Positions 46,656-61,039 of a stretch of DNA of 64,000 nucleotides are shown here, piece by piece. Numbering within the stretch: the first letter of the stretch is position 1; each line of letters opens with the position of its first letter. The position numbers were made by a program, and so were the translations under genes. Source of the stretch: Octopus vulgaris (lineage: Eukaryota). Below the pieces are notes generated by a model. The model did no database searches. It was given only the letters and a program-made list of their open reading frames with translations, and was not told the DNA's origin. The DNA is taken from the NCBI GenBank assembly GCA_951406725.2, contig OX597828.1:806001-870000 (forward strand), given 5' to 3'.

Positions 46656-48789
46656 GTATATATATGTGTGTGTATGTATTGTGTATTGTATATATATTGT
46701 GTATTGTATGTATGTGTATATATATATATATATATTTATATGTATACACATGAACAGTAATACCTCACCTTATGAGAAGCGCTTTACGAGACACTGGGTT
46801 CTGTTCACGAGTTTTAGCTTAAAAATAAAAGCATACTCTGGAAACAATTTACTCGTACGTCGAGGCGTTACTATAAATTTTTATATATATTTATCAATCT
46901 TATAAGATTTTTAGAGTTTACATAGTAATTAGTAGTTATTGATTATTTAATTTATTTAGTATTAAGCATATTTATCATAGTTATTTTAATAATAAATCTT
47001 ATAGTATAGAGTGGTTCTATTCTTTAATTGTGACTTCATTCTATTTACATTTATTGATAAACCTTAACTTTTTCCATTGACAATTTTAATTCATAATTTT
47101 CATTGATAAAGCGTATATGTAGTTCTTCACTGTTAAAGAATTCTTTAACAATTTATTCTATTTTTGTTAATAACGTAATTCCACGAGTATTCTTATAAAT
47201 GCTGAAAAGACGTATTCCGATTCAAAATTTTAGTTCATCACAAAACCTTGCAAAGCTAAGTATATATTTATATTTAAGATTTTGAATTTTAAAATTGAAA
47301 TATTTTAATAAGTCTTATTGTATAGTTTTGTATTTTATATAAATACTGATTGTTATGTAATGATTTAGTTATCGTAGTTATTTATATAATTATTAGATTT
47401 TAACTCTACGTTTATTTGTAAGTTTTTACTTAGCCAAAGAGATATATCGATCGTTAATAGTAATACGAGTTTTTTTTAAAGTTAGGTTTCATGTATTTAC
47501 ATTTATTGATAACTTAAATTTTAGTCTTTATTAACTATATTTGTTGATAGTTATTTAGTTATTATTTTTAATATTTTATAATTGTTAGATGTGTACTTAA
47601 ATGTAATATATGAATAATATTTTTTAGTTAATTAATTTGGTAATTAAATTTTTGGGCTATAACTGAGTTTAAAATATTTGTGAGTTTATGTTTTTTAAGC
47701 TATTTTGTATATTCATAAATATCTCTAATAGTTGATTTCGTCTATTATAACTTATATATTGCTATTTTCAACTGATAATTTGTTGTAGTATTTTCATTGA
47801 TAAATATATTCGTAGTATTTATTGGATACTATATAACTACGGATAGATCATTTCATTAAGTATTAAGTTGAAGATATGTATTTCATTATTTCATTTTAGT
47901 TCTTAACTATACGGTTTTTGTAAGTCATTAATTAGCCAACGAGATATATGGATCATTAATTAGTTATAGCGTTCTTTTAAGATAGTTTGTTTGTTTGTTT
48001 ACAATTTGCTTTTTCTTCTTTAATCTTTTAATTTTTAATATATTTCATAAGTAATAATGAATAATTAATTTATTAGGTTTTTATTATACGTGATAGAGAT
48101 AATTTTAGATCTTAATTCTTATATTTATATACATTTATATATATCCATTGATAATTTAGTTATTATTCAAATATTATATAATTATTTGATTTGAATATTA
48201 TTCAAATATTATATAATTATTTGATTTGAATAGTGATTATTTTTTTTTTTTTGTTAAAGATTTAGGTAAATTATATATTGACTATAACTGTGGTTAGATT
48301 ATTTGTGGGTTTATCATGTTTTTCTAAAAGCCATATTATATCTGAATAGATAAATACATTTTCTATCTATTCTTACCTTAAAAATTAATATTTAACATTA
48401 TAATAGATTGAATGACATAATCATAATCGTTAAAGTTTCTAGTTTGATAATAGAGTTTTTTATAAGAAAAATTATTTTATTTATTTCTTTAAAAATATTG
48501 TTTAAATATATTTGATTATTTATTTAACTATTATCATTAATCTGAAGATTGACTATAACCATAATTCGAATTATTAATTGAATTTAAATTATTGTTATTC
48601 GAATTAGGTTATGGGCATGAAACGATCGTAGTGGTTTTACTTTTTATCTTATATTAAACTTATTAATACTTTTTGATAGTTTATATATTTAATTAATAAA
48701 TATATAACAAATAAAATTAAATTAAAATTAAAATTAAAATAAATAAATAAATGAACAATTAAAATTAAAATTAAAATTAAAAAAATATA

Positions 48790-51005
48790 TGATTGATTTT
48801 GATTTTGATTTTTCCAGTTTCAGCTAATGAGCTGTGGCCATGCTGGGGCACCGCCATTTGGTTTGCTACATGATTTTACCTCACGAATGCTTTTTAGCAA
48901 CTGCCATTTGGTGCATGAGAGAGTTCGATGCAGCTGCCCTCATCTGCACCTCCTGCCGTGAAGTTGGTTCATCCGGGACACCTGACAGGAAGAGATCCAG
49001 TCCTACTTTAAAGACATCCGCATCTACACCATGCAGGTCCCTCAGGTTCTTCGGGAGGATATTGAAGAGCTGTGGGCCTCTGAAGCCCAGGCTATCACAG
49101 TATCTTGTCCTACATCTTGATGGCAAATTTGGAGTCCTTGGTACTACGCAGTGGCGCCCGGTTCTGGCATTTGTGTGACTCTCGATGCCAAAGTTTGGGA
49201 CAAGTCCTTCCAGGATCTTCCAGATATATATTATGGCATATCTTTCTCGCCTACGCTCCAGGGAATAGAGCTTTAATCTCTTGAGTCTTTCCCAGTAGCT
49301 TATATGCTACACAGAGGCTATCTTCTTCGTGTAGCTTCGTTGGATCGCCTCAAGTTCTGTGATCAACTTGACACTGGATGGTGACCATAGCTGAGAGCAA
49401 TAGTCAAAGTGGCTTAGGACAAGTGTCTTCCAGAGGACCATCATGGTTTCTTGTTCTCTTGTTCTAAAGGTTCTAAGAATCCATCCGGCCAGCCGTCTAC
49501 ATTTCATTGCCAGTTTAGCAACATGTACATGAAAGGTCGCGTCATCACTCATGTGAATATCCAAGTCACGCACTGATTGTGCCTCTGGGATTGCAATTCC
49601 TCCGGGTCCAGTGTATTCATTGGGTATTGCATTCAGTTTTGCATGCTGATAGCATAAAGCTTGAAACTTTTCAGCATTGAACTGCATGCTATTCTTTTCG
49701 GCCCACTTGTATATTTTGTCCAGCTCACATTGCAGGTGCTTAGTGTCTTCAGGGTTCTGTATTGCCTGTGAAACTTTTGTATCATCTGCATAACTTGTGA
49801 TCGTGGCTCTCTGCGTGGCTGAGGGCATGTCTGAGAGGGCCATTATGAACAGTAGTGGTCCCAAAACAGTGCCCTGCGGAACACCGCTCACTATTTGCGT
49901 GTTAATGGAAGTGGCTGCTACCACCTGACTTCTATTCTTCAGAAAGTCATGAAGCCATTCTCCAAATTTTCCAACTATGCCAAGATCACGCAGTTTGTGA
50001 CATATCATTCCATGATCGACTTTATCAAAGGCCTTTGCAAAGTCGAGATATATGACTTCCACATTTGAGTGGTTGAGCAGTCGTTTCAGCACCCAGTCAT
50101 AGTGTTGTAGGAGCTGAGTTAAGCAGCTTCTTCCTGGTCGGAAACCATGTTGGGTGTCAGGCAGCAAGTCATTTTCTTCAAGGAAGGTGATTAGTTTCCT
50201 TCTGACTATTCGTTCCATGACCTTGCTGATGTGTGAGGTGAGAGAGATAGGTCTGTACTTCTTGGCCTCCGCTCTGCTACCTCCTTTATGAATAGGGCAT
50301 ATTTTACCTTCCTTCAGTTTTCTTGGAAGTTTGCCAGTTGCAAGGAAGCTCTGAAAGAGAGACCGCAGTGGTCTTGCTAGGACTCTCTTACATACTTTTA
50401 GAAGGATTGCTGGGAATCCATCGGGGCCAGTAGCTGAGTTTGTTTTCATCTCATCTATAGCCTTTATTACATCGTCTTCCTTTATATTGATGTAATCAAT
50501 CATCGCCGCCTCTGACCCCATATCTGCAGTGGTGAAGAAGTCAGTTGGATTGCTGATTTGGAAATGCCCAAGGGGTGGGGTGAAAACACTCTTGAATTGC
50601 TCATTTAGTATTACACTTACCCCCATTGGATTTCTTGTGAGTGTGCCATCATTTTCAAGGAGTGGCCCTATCCTACAGTGCACCGTAGCTGTTTCTGTGG
50701 CATACCTGTAGAAAGCTCTGGGGTTAGATTTTATGTTGTCTATAGCCCAGGCTTCTTTGTCTGCTCTTTCCTTTTCATGGGAGAGTTGCAGACAGTTTTC
50801 AATTTCCAACAGTTTCATTTTCAGGCGGGACTTTTCAGTGCTTTCAATTTGTTTGTTTAGGCGATTTGAGATTTTTGTGCGCCGTCTCATTAGAATTTTC
50901 CTCTCTCTGGGGATTTTGTTCTTGTGTATAGTGGCCTTTCTCTCTGGGACACATTTGTAGCATATGGCTTACATTACAGACATGAATTGTTGAAGTTTCA
51001 TGTCG
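48790..51005 (-). mobile_element. 5'-truncated CR1-group LINE (RT domain) with 3' tail
   Basis: GPDG, YRPISLTS, QHGFRPGRSC, YLDFAKAFDKV, SGVPQGTVLGPLLF and YADD. The tail ends in AAAATC repeats. Confidence 0.9.
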
Positions 51006-51194
51006 ATATATGTATAAAAATTTATAAATATAAATACAAATTAATAATTTTAAATTTTAAACTTTAAATTTAAATAATTTAAATTTTATATTTTATATAT
51101 TTTGTATATTATATTAATTAATTTTATTTCTATGTTTTGGTCTATGTTTTTTACTGTTTGATTTGCCTTATAGTGGTTTTATCTCTAATTTAAT

Positions 51195-51334
51195 TTATAT
51201 TTATACATATACATATATACATATACATATACATATATATATACATATATATATATACATATATATATACATATATAAATACATATACATATATATACAT
51301 ATACATATATATACATATGCATATATACATATAC

Positions 51335-51400
<66 letters not shown>

Positions 51401-51827
51401 TATACATATATATATATATACTTATATATATATACATATACATATAGATACACATATACGTATATACATACATATATATATACATATATATATATACATA
51501 TACATATATATATGCATATACATATATATATACACATATACATATATATATATATATATACATATATATACATATATATATACATATACATATATATATA
51601 TACATATATATATATATACACATATATATACATATATACACATATACATATATATATATACATATACATATATATACATATACATATATACATATACATA
51701 AATATACACATACATATATACACATATACATATATATACATATACATATATACATATATATACATATATATACATATATATACATATACATATATATATA
51801 TACATATATACATATATAGACATATAC

Positions 51828-51858
<31 letters not shown>

Positions 51859-51945
51859 CATATACATATATATATATACATATACATATACATATATATA
51901 TACACATATACATATATATATACATATACACATATACATATATAC
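51195..51945. repeat. Long (TA)n/(TATACA)n microsatellite
   Basis: Direct reading. Confidence 0.95.
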
Positions 51946-52453
51946 AAGTTGGTTGTTGACGTATAAAGACCTGTTTTTACTCCTCTCCGCCGGTCAGCAG
52001 CAAGCTTCACATCTACAGACGAAATTGACCATCACATATATTCCTATATATTTGGAACCACGCGTTTCCCGACTCGTGAGTAGAATTTTCTTTAACTACA
52101 AATTATTTTTATAAATTTCAAACAACCAAATAAACAAAGCCACACACTCCTATGAGCGAGTATTTATTTATATATACACTTCGTCGACACCTTCTGATAA
52201 CTAAAGGATCATCCACACATTAAAAATTAGAAAAAGTGAAAAAAAAAAAAAAGAAAAGAAAGATAAAATAACTGCAAGTTCATAATTCAAATACAATCAC
52301 AAATCTCTCAGTATTACAGCAAACATTCTGTACAATCTATTCTACATACGTCTCCCTGAATTATCAAGGAATCAGGGAGCCCACAAATAAATTAAAAAAA
52401 TAAAAATAATCAACAAAACAAACAAATAAAATGAATAAAATATATCCACCAGA

Positions 52454-53054
52454 ATGGCTAGCCATCAAAAATCCAAACAAAACTGGTCTGATAATGAAAT
52501 CGACGTTCTAATAAACACATGGCATTGCCTTACCCAAACGGAAAACATAGGTGCTTCATGTCTGAACGAAATTGATAAACGGACAGTTCACCTTTTGCAA
52601 ACTCGATCTAAACAGCAGATTCAAAATAAATTAAAGCAAATCGAAGTTGCTTTTAAATTAATCCATAAACACTTCGATAAACTGAGATGTGTTTTCTCTT
52701 CGAACGCATCACCGGCGCAACAACAGCAACAACAACTTCATCGGCATCAATAACAACAACCTCGGCGGCAACAACAACAACAGCAACAACAACAGTATGA
52801 ACCACTCCTTGATTCACCTACAATGGCCGATTTGTTAAACGAAACGATTGACTCCCCCAGTCACCAGAGTCTCACAGCAGGAAGCACCACCCCTTCCTTT
52901 TACTGCCCCAGCAACTCAATCATCATCACTGTCAACATCATCTCCTCTGCCTACTACTACTACTAGTACTACAACCACTATCAATCCCAAAACATCTTTG
53001 TCTACCGCTATCTCATGGAATCCACCTCCCCAATCACGACCGCGTGTTTATTAA
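52454..53054 (+). pseudogene. Myb/SANT-like (trihelix-type) DNA-binding ORF with poly-Q and S/T/P tail, interrupted by a stop
   Basis: NWSDNEIDVLINTW...RSKQQIQNKLKQI...HFDKL. TAA at 52751-52753 falls inside the poly-Q tract. Confidence 0.55.
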
Positions 53055-53582
53055 AGATAAGATGAGCTCTCGTCAGGGTGACTCAAACTAATAGGCATGC
53101 GCTCTGCGTGCTCAAAATTCTGGGCTATTAAAATTCCGGTTTGAACTGCATTTGAAGTTCAACTTTTCTGACTGCTCTTCTGAAAGAGCTAGGAGTGATT
53201 TTCTCTTGAGTTGGTAAGCATAGATTAAAGCAGAAAAGAAAAGGCAAACAGTTTAGCAAGACATTACAAGGACATTTAATTTAGCTATCTAATAAAAAAA
53301 AAAAGCTGTGTATAAAATATCCTAGCTATTGGAAAATCATGTCGAGCGGAAATTCCATAGGCTAAGTATGCCATCATCGGAGAGAGATAAGTTAAACATA
53401 TGTGGCAGCGGAAGAAAATTCCTCATCACTGATAGTTGCTGTGGTTCATTATTGGAGGAAAAATCCCATTAAATCCAATTAGAACGGGTATTCCTTAGGT
53501 AAATCCATGATCAGAGAGAATGGTTTGATCGTAATCGATGGCGAGGGAAAATGGATGCTAGCAGTTCCAAAGTTGGACAAAT

Positions 53583-53641
<59 letters not shown>

Positions 53642-55837
53642 TGTATGCGTGTGTGCGCGTGTGTGTGTGTGTACTGGGATCGATATCATTGCTGTATCAC
53701 TCAAAATACACATTACTACAATTTTAAAACGGAGACATTGATCAGTGCATTCATAAATATATACACTTTTTTAAGAACCCATAACACAGTGGCATAACAC
53801 AACTTTTGAGTATAAGTGTATTGAAACAAAGTTGACCGGGAGCTGAACAGCAGCATGTAGACAAGTTCTATGTTAGTGATCCTTACTTAAGATTCACTTG
53901 AACTCTTGAAATTAGTCAGAATTTACAGTTTCGACTAATTACCAGAGCTTAGTTACTAATTCACTTCTCTCAACATAACACATTTCAATCAGTTTGGATT
54001 TCGATGTTTGGATTCCTTTGTTTTTCTTGACGAAAATTATCACCAGCCTTAAGGATTTATCGTTTTAATACAGAATTTTTCTTGATTAAAAATTCTTTGA
54101 CTCACTATGTTAATTAATTAATTATAATTAATTAGTGACAAAATATTTAACGAATGGTGCATAAAAGATTTGTTTGTAAATTATGTTATAAAGAAAAACA
54201 GTATTAAGCAGTATTGTTCTTCTATTCCTTCCGAAAGTAGGGAAGGCAACTTAAGATATGTTTCCGTTCTATCACATCAGCTCAGCATCTATTTTTATCG
54301 GCTCCGAATGGCTATAGGAGCGAAGTTTGTTAAAGGAGGATTTGAACGATGGAACAATGGAACGTTGGAATGAAGCTAAACTACTAATTTATTAGAGAAG
54401 TGAGATATCTTACATCTCCCCACCTATGTTAACATGAAAAGGGGAAAAAGGAATATTAAAATGAGCGCGATGACAGCAGTGACAATGATAAACGATAGGC
54501 GATAAAAGAGTGAAGCATCTGCTTAGAAAGGTAACGCGTCTAACTAAATTCCTTACAGAATTTCCTTAACATTGTTCTTCGATAACGTGAGCTTAAATCC
54601 TGCTGGCATTGACATCTATTTCTTTCGTTCACTCGGGGATTAATGAAATATTATTATAACACATTTAATCTGTCAATCTACAGTGTGTTTTAGCTTGCAC
54701 ATAATTTGTAGGTTTTATTTTAAATTTAAACCACAAATTATAGCGGAAGGATACAATCAACTGAAATAAATTCATTATATCACCGAAATTCATTTTATTA
54801 ACTGCGGAAGGATATAAAATAAAGAGGTATCAGGCAGAACTTGAACGCAGAACAGGAAACTACATAAATGATAAGATAATAATTGAAATGAAGGTAAACT
54901 CGTTAACGAAGAAAAATAACTGAAATAAAGGTAAATTCTTTAACGAACAAACCGGTTTTATACTTTTTGACATTTTAAATTTATTTAACATTTATTATTA
55001 CATTTCAATCTATATTTTTATAGAGTGGTCGTCTTTACATGTATAAAATAGACTATATTGAAACTATTATAATTATTATGTAATAAGTTAAAAATATCTA
55101 AATGTTATCTGAGTTGAACTTGTTTGATGTAAGATTATGTATTAAAGCTGAAGAAATTTACTTGGTGGTAGAGTCATTGTGAAACTCACATGCATACTAG
55201 TAATATTCAATGTTGCTTCGTAATAGTTTGATTTGTGTACGTATATAGCACTGGTTATATTCCACCGCCAAAATGGAACCAAACACAAAACCGGTATCTG
55301 AGAGCACCGTGTGTGAGTGGCTATATATATAGATATATACTTGTATGGGTTGAACAGACAGAACACAACAAGGAGAAAAATTTAGACGAAAGCAGAATAA
55401 AGGGGAAACTAGGCAAAAACTTAACGGACGGGAAATATAGACAAAGACTCGATGCACGGAATATTCGCAGCCGAGTTTTCCTCGTCAGTTAATTACCCAA
55501 CATATCATAGTGGTTTCGCGCCACTACCATTGAGGTCACTCAATCTTGGAGGCACCATATCCTATATCCTATATAAAGAAAGACGTGTGTATATATGACT
55601 GTGTGTATGTATGTGAGTGAGTGTGAGCTGTCAGTTTCGTTTAATATTTAATATCCATTGAATATCATTAACAGGATAGGATGTTACAACCAGCTGCATT
55701 ATTGCCCACAGAATTCGTAACTTGTTCATATTATAAATCAATGGTGTATGATATTTGTGTGTGTGTGTGTGTGTATCTATGTATGTATTTATGTATTTAT
55801 TTATGCATGCATGTGTGTGTGCGTTGTTAATCAATAC

Positions 55838-58360
55838 TTAACATCCAATACCAAGAAAATTTTTGATATTTCTCTCAGTAAAAATCGGTTGTGGATGTCG
55901 CATCCATCCAACAAGATCAGATATACTGATTAAGTACACATTATCGAGGTCTAATAGAAATTTTATAAACGCATCAAGGCCCCCAAAATTCGCTTTATTT
56001 TCTTTATTAAACCAGTATTTTCTCAAGCGTACACCAAAGGGCATTTTAGATTTGTGGGCAATGAAGAAATTACTAACGAGGTTGTCAAAGGTTTCTAACG
56101 ATGTATGGGAATCATTAAAACAGTCGTCAATATAATAACATGATTTAGAAGTTTTAAAATTCGAATAAAGAATTGAAGGAATTTCCCACAGTACTTCTGA
56201 TTCCTTTGTTTTGAACCGACAACTACTATTTTGGCAATTTTCATCCCAACCAAATTCTAATGTAAATGGCCATATTTCTTGTTCTCTGACGCTTGACGGT
56301 CTAATTACAATAGAAGAATCATACGCCATATTGTATTTTTTTAAACTGTCCAGTTGTTTATGCCATTTTGATGTGTCGTGAACGTTTCTCCAGCCAGTTA
56401 CATATAAATCAGAGATTCCTGCATAGCGTTCGAGTAATTTCTTCTGAACAGGTATTTCAAGGTGCTTCATGAAGGGATCGACAATATCATTGCTAAGACC
56501 ATACAGTGCTATTTCATGTCCAGCTTTATAGAGCCAATTAATCTCTTTGTAATCTGACGCCAGACCAGTTATAAAGATCGTGGCACGAATATGACACCCA
56601 TTCTCGTTGGTTCTGTCCTGTGAAAAAAGATGGGCTATTTTCTTGCGGGTGATCTTGTCAACAATTCCGTCGAACGTGAAATATACGAACTGGGGTATGT
56701 TCCTGCTATCAAAACTAGGCTTTCTTCCAAAACACCAGCATGTAGGAAGTTTACAGTTAACATTCTGCTTGCACATATTTAAATCTTGATTGCCCATACC
56801 GATGATTAGCTCTGAATGCCCTATAAATTTGCTAAACTTTCGTCTCCATGATACATAATTTAACGGAGAAAGATTTTGCCTCTTTGCATTCGGTGATATA
56901 CCGTGAGCAAGAAGGCCTCTATATCGCAGTAGATCTCGCTTCCTTCTAAACAGCGAACTGTAATAACCACAATTTGTCAGGGATTTCTTATTCATAGTCT
57001 GCTGTTGAGTTCTTTTGACGCTAACATTTTCGCTTATGAATGAAGAATTACAATGAGGTTTTACCAAGTTTTTGGAAATAAAATTAAAACTAAACGCTTG
57101 TGTAGTTTTAGAATAATTTCCGATGAATGTTGGATTTTCTACAGAAGTATTGTATGTCAGTATAGCAACGCACTTTTCTTGCTCTATTGAATTAAATAAT
57201 AATGACAATGACCTGTATCTAAATTTTAAAAATGATGGCTTGGGTGTAGATTTACGAACTGGAAGCTGGTATGTAGATGTGTGGGATATTAACAAGTTTT
57301 TTAATTTATCAAATCGTTTTTTATATTTAGATCCACGAAGCCATAGTTTATATTGAGATGTTAGAAACAATAGCTGTTTAGCAGAATTGTTCTTTATAAC
57401 ACCAAAGGAATCGATGCTATATGGCGTCTGACTCTTTTCCTGCGTCACCTCAAATCGATCTGCTAACAGCTCTGATTTTCGAATAGATGCGTTGTGTAGA
57501 AGACAAAATTTGGTTAAAGAAAAATTCGTAGTTTTAGCACGAAAGTATATTTCTGTTTTCAAGGAATTCAGACTATTGAGAAATACGTAACTAATATTAA
57601 AATACTGACTGTTTCTCCACTGCAACTGGAATAGCATTGCCGGTTGATTCCATATTTTTTGAGAGATGTTACCAATACTGATACAACTTATGATATTTTC
57701 AACCATAAGATTTGAAAAAATTAACGCAGTTCTATGAAATGTTTTCATTACATAGTAATTAGAAATTCTGTTTGTGCAAGAATATCTGTAATCCAATGTA
57801 AAATGAACATGAGAATTGCTTTTTGAAAAAGTTTTGAGACAGATAAACAAAGAAATCTGTTCAATTCCATTGGTGACCATGAATCTTTGTATGGAATCTT
57901 TATGTGGAACAATACACCTGGATATAAAATGATTTTCATTTGAAATATTTGAGAAGACTAGTTCAGTATTGTCCCATTTAAATCTTTCGTAATACCTGGA
58001 ATTGTTTTGTAGGAACAAGTTTATCAAAATTCTTTTTCCGTAACTGTTTATAAAAAAATACAAGGAATTTGAAAAATCGGTCGATTTTTTTCTTTTACGT
58101 TTGACCAGTCTTAAACACTTTGGGATTTTGTTTGTAAAGTTAACTTCATCAATAATTGAAAAAACACATTTTAAGCCAAATATTCGTTCTCTTGTGAGAC
58201 AACGCGGACAGTATGAATCAGTTTTAATCCTATGTTTCTCAAAGTTCTTAGGAGTTTGGCAAATACTGGTTACATTAATCTCCAATGATAACGGCGCGGT
58301 ACCCAATATTAGTAAAAGTGTAAATGAATAAGCATATTCGGTTCTTAGCAGAAAAACCAT
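55838..58360 (-). CDS. Secreted protein with a C-terminal degenerate chitin-deacetylase-like (CE4) domain; about 840 aa in one uninterrupted ORF
   Basis: First ATG at 58360 is followed by a hydrophobic stretch. RRKR site, then CKLPTCWC, PQFVYFTFDG, EIALYG, GWRN, YDSS, WPFTLEFG, LWEIP and PFGVRLR. Confidence 0.88.
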   Translation of the reverse strand: MVFLLRTEYAYSFTLLLILGTAPLSLEINVTSICQTPKNFEKHRIKTDSYCPRCLTRERIFGLKCVFSIIDEVNFTNKIPKCLRLVKRKRKKSTDFSNSLYFFINSYGKRILINLFLQNNSRYYERFKWDNTELVFSNISNENHFISRCIVPHKDSIQRFMVTNGIEQISLFICLKTFSKSNSHVHFTLDYRYSCTNRISNYYVMKTFHRTALIFSNLMVENIISCISIGNISQKIWNQPAMLFQLQWRNSQYFNISYVFLNSLNSLKTEIYFRAKTTNFSLTKFCLLHNASIRKSELLADRFEVTQEKSQTPYSIDSFGVIKNNSAKQLLFLTSQYKLWLRGSKYKKRFDKLKNLLISHTSTYQLPVRKSTPKPSFLKFRYRSLSLLFNSIEQEKCVAILTYNTSVENPTFIGNYSKTTQAFSFNFISKNLVKPHCNSSFISENVSVKRTQQQTMNKKSLTNCGYYSSLFRRKRDLLRYRGLLAHGISPNAKRQNLSPLNYVSWRRKFSKFIGHSELIIGMGNQDLNMCKQNVNCKLPTCWCFGRKPSFDSRNIPQFVYFTFDGIVDKITRKKIAHLFSQDRTNENGCHIRATIFITGLASDYKEINWLYKAGHEIALYGLSNDIVDPFMKHLEIPVQKKLLERYAGISDLYVTGWRNVHDTSKWHKQLDSLKKYNMAYDSSIVIRPSSVREQEIWPFTLEFGWDENCQNSSCRFKTKESEVLWEIPSILYSNFKTSKSCYYIDDCFNDSHTSLETFDNLVSNFFIAHKSKMPFGVRLRKYWFNKENKANFGGLDAFIKFLLDLDNVYLISISDLVGWMRHPQPIFTERNIKNFLGIGC

Positions 58361-59299
58361 TTTTAATTTTGCAAACAAACATTTCAAGACTGCATATTTC
58401 GACTTGACAGATAAATGTCCGGATTGTCACTATTACAATTATCAGAGATTTGCAGTTTTAGGACAATATTTTACAAAGTCTCATATTTTAAATCTGACAT
58501 ACAGGTTATAGCTCCATAGTTAGATCTTCATGGTAACATTATTCCAAAACTCAAGTTATGTTTAAAAACAAGCAAATGTCCATAGTGAATCAAATAAAAC
58601 ATATAATACTTGCTTTTTTTATTCCACTCAGCAATCTTGTGAGAATTTTTTCCCAAAAAATTCACAAAATCCATAACAATTACAACAAATACAAAAATAA
58701 AACTAAAACAACAAAAATACAAAAAAGGGTTTTCAATAAAATAAGTCAGAGTCTGGAAATCTGGTAGCTAAAACCGAAATCAGGTAAGCAGTCTTACCAT
58801 AATATTTACTTGATCCATTTTGAATAAAGTCGTTAGCTTCGTTATATGAAAGCATCAGATCGTCTGCTAAATCTTCTGCCTTTATGCAAGATCGTCTGCT
58901 TCTGCTTCCCTTAAGCTCAGTAATTCACTGTGATACACATACACACACGTATACACATGCAAATACACAGATGCATTTTTATGTGCAGTAAACACGCATT
59001 CACATATGCATATACACAAGTACTACAACACACACACACATTAACACACTGTCTCACACACATTCACACAAACACTGTCTCACACATGCTTACATACACA
59101 CACACACATTGTACACACTATGTAATAAGAATGTGACATCATGATGGCATTATCAGAGGCTTGCATAGTTCAATGGTTTAAGAGGGAGAGGGGTGAAGAA
59201 AGAGAGGGAAAGAGAGAGACAGAGTGAGGAGGCGGAGAGTGAAAAGGGGGCGTGAAAAGAGATAGAAATCGAAAAATACATAGATTAACGCACAAACAC

Positions 59300-59336
<37 letters not shown>

Positions 59337-59938
59337 AATATATCAATGAAAAGATCTATCGATCGGTAAGACAGTGAGGAGAATAGTCAATAGGCGTGAT
59401 ACATAAAAATAGATGCAACTTAGAGCTTTACTTTTCCTGTAGGGACAATGGTATTGTTATTACTAGAGTGATAAACTGCTATTGTAATTGTTGTTGTTAT
59501 TGCTGTGTTGATGTTATGGTTGTTATTGATGATGATGATGCTCTTCACACTACAATTTTGGCAACTATATGATGTGAAGATTAAACGATCATCGTCACAG
59601 AGGTGGTGGTGGTGGTGGTGATGATACTGATGTGAAGAGGGAAAATACGAAAGAAAATAAATATACTTTTTTCCCTATTCTCCTCCTTTCTCTCCAAATC
59701 ATTGTGGTCCGGTGTATTATTATTTTTGCTGATATTGTTGTTCTTGTTATATGTTAATATGATTTTGTGTTGGTCCATTGACAAGTTAACTGTTAATCTC
59801 ATAAATATTCCTGACATGTCTGAAAATACTCAGCCAGCTCTCCCGTCACCGATCGTCCCAGCAAAACCCGTTACATAAACATGAAGACACGTTCATATAT
59901 AGATGTCTACACACTTATACTTACGCACAAACAGACAG

Positions 59939-60055
<117 letters not shown>

Positions 60056-61039
60056 CATGTTAAAAAAAATATGAAATGATTACGACTGTGGATACAAAAA
60101 TAACAAGGTACTCCTTTCTAACATTGATAAATTCTCACTTTCCTGCTTCCTATACAGATAAGAAAATTTTCTTGTCTACTATACATATAGGAAAATCCTA
60201 ATTTCTCTACTTCCTGAACATATAAATAAATTTTTAACACAATACTATTAAGGTCAGCTGTAGTTGTTAAAGTAACATAGGGTCTCAAATTTCCTACTAT
60301 GATTAAAATATCTAACAACACTACAATGTCACCCCTACGTGAATGTAACTATAGAAATACAGCTAATTGTCCTAATTAGCAATAAATTTATGTAAGAGGA
60401 GCTGATGTACAGATTTAATGTAGCAGCTGTTGATAACACAGATAAAGCATGTATCAGGCTTACCAAAAAATTCATTCAAATCTTGATACACACATCACGT
60501 TTATTCCCTCAAACACAGAATCAAACGTAGCTGCATTTCATTATCAAAGCACTTCTAGCATTTGAAGGACAAATAGAGAAGCCTACAATTACATAGAGTG
60601 CAAAAGTAAAGGTACATAACGGACGAGGTTGTAAATGCTGTTTGCATGTAACCGAGGAGCTTAGGATATTGCCCCCACCCCCACCCCTGCTCGCCAGTTA
60701 ATATTCTGAGCGGAAGCAAGTAACATTTTCTATTTGTTTACTTATGAGAAAATTCAAATTACTACTCTGCTTCCGATAAATTCCAACTAAAAGCCAATTG
60801 AGTCCTTGAAACTCTGGGTCTTCAATCAAAAAACTCGACACCGAAGCCAAGCATACACCGTATTTATTTCCCCTTTGCCAAGCTGATCTGCTACACAGCA
60901 TATCAGTTATATTTGAAGACGATGATGATACCCATTCTGTTCAATTTCAGATTTGATAATCCAGTTGCGGCCAAAAATTTATACGAGAGTCAATAAATGT
61001 GACACATCATTAACTAGGTCAGCTACAAACAAATATATC

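Noticed and set aside
45462-52114. Many long YI/IY-rich ORFs (also at 24842-25196, 27682-28087 and elsewhere)
   Set aside because: They are translations of (TA)n and (TATACA)n microsatellites.
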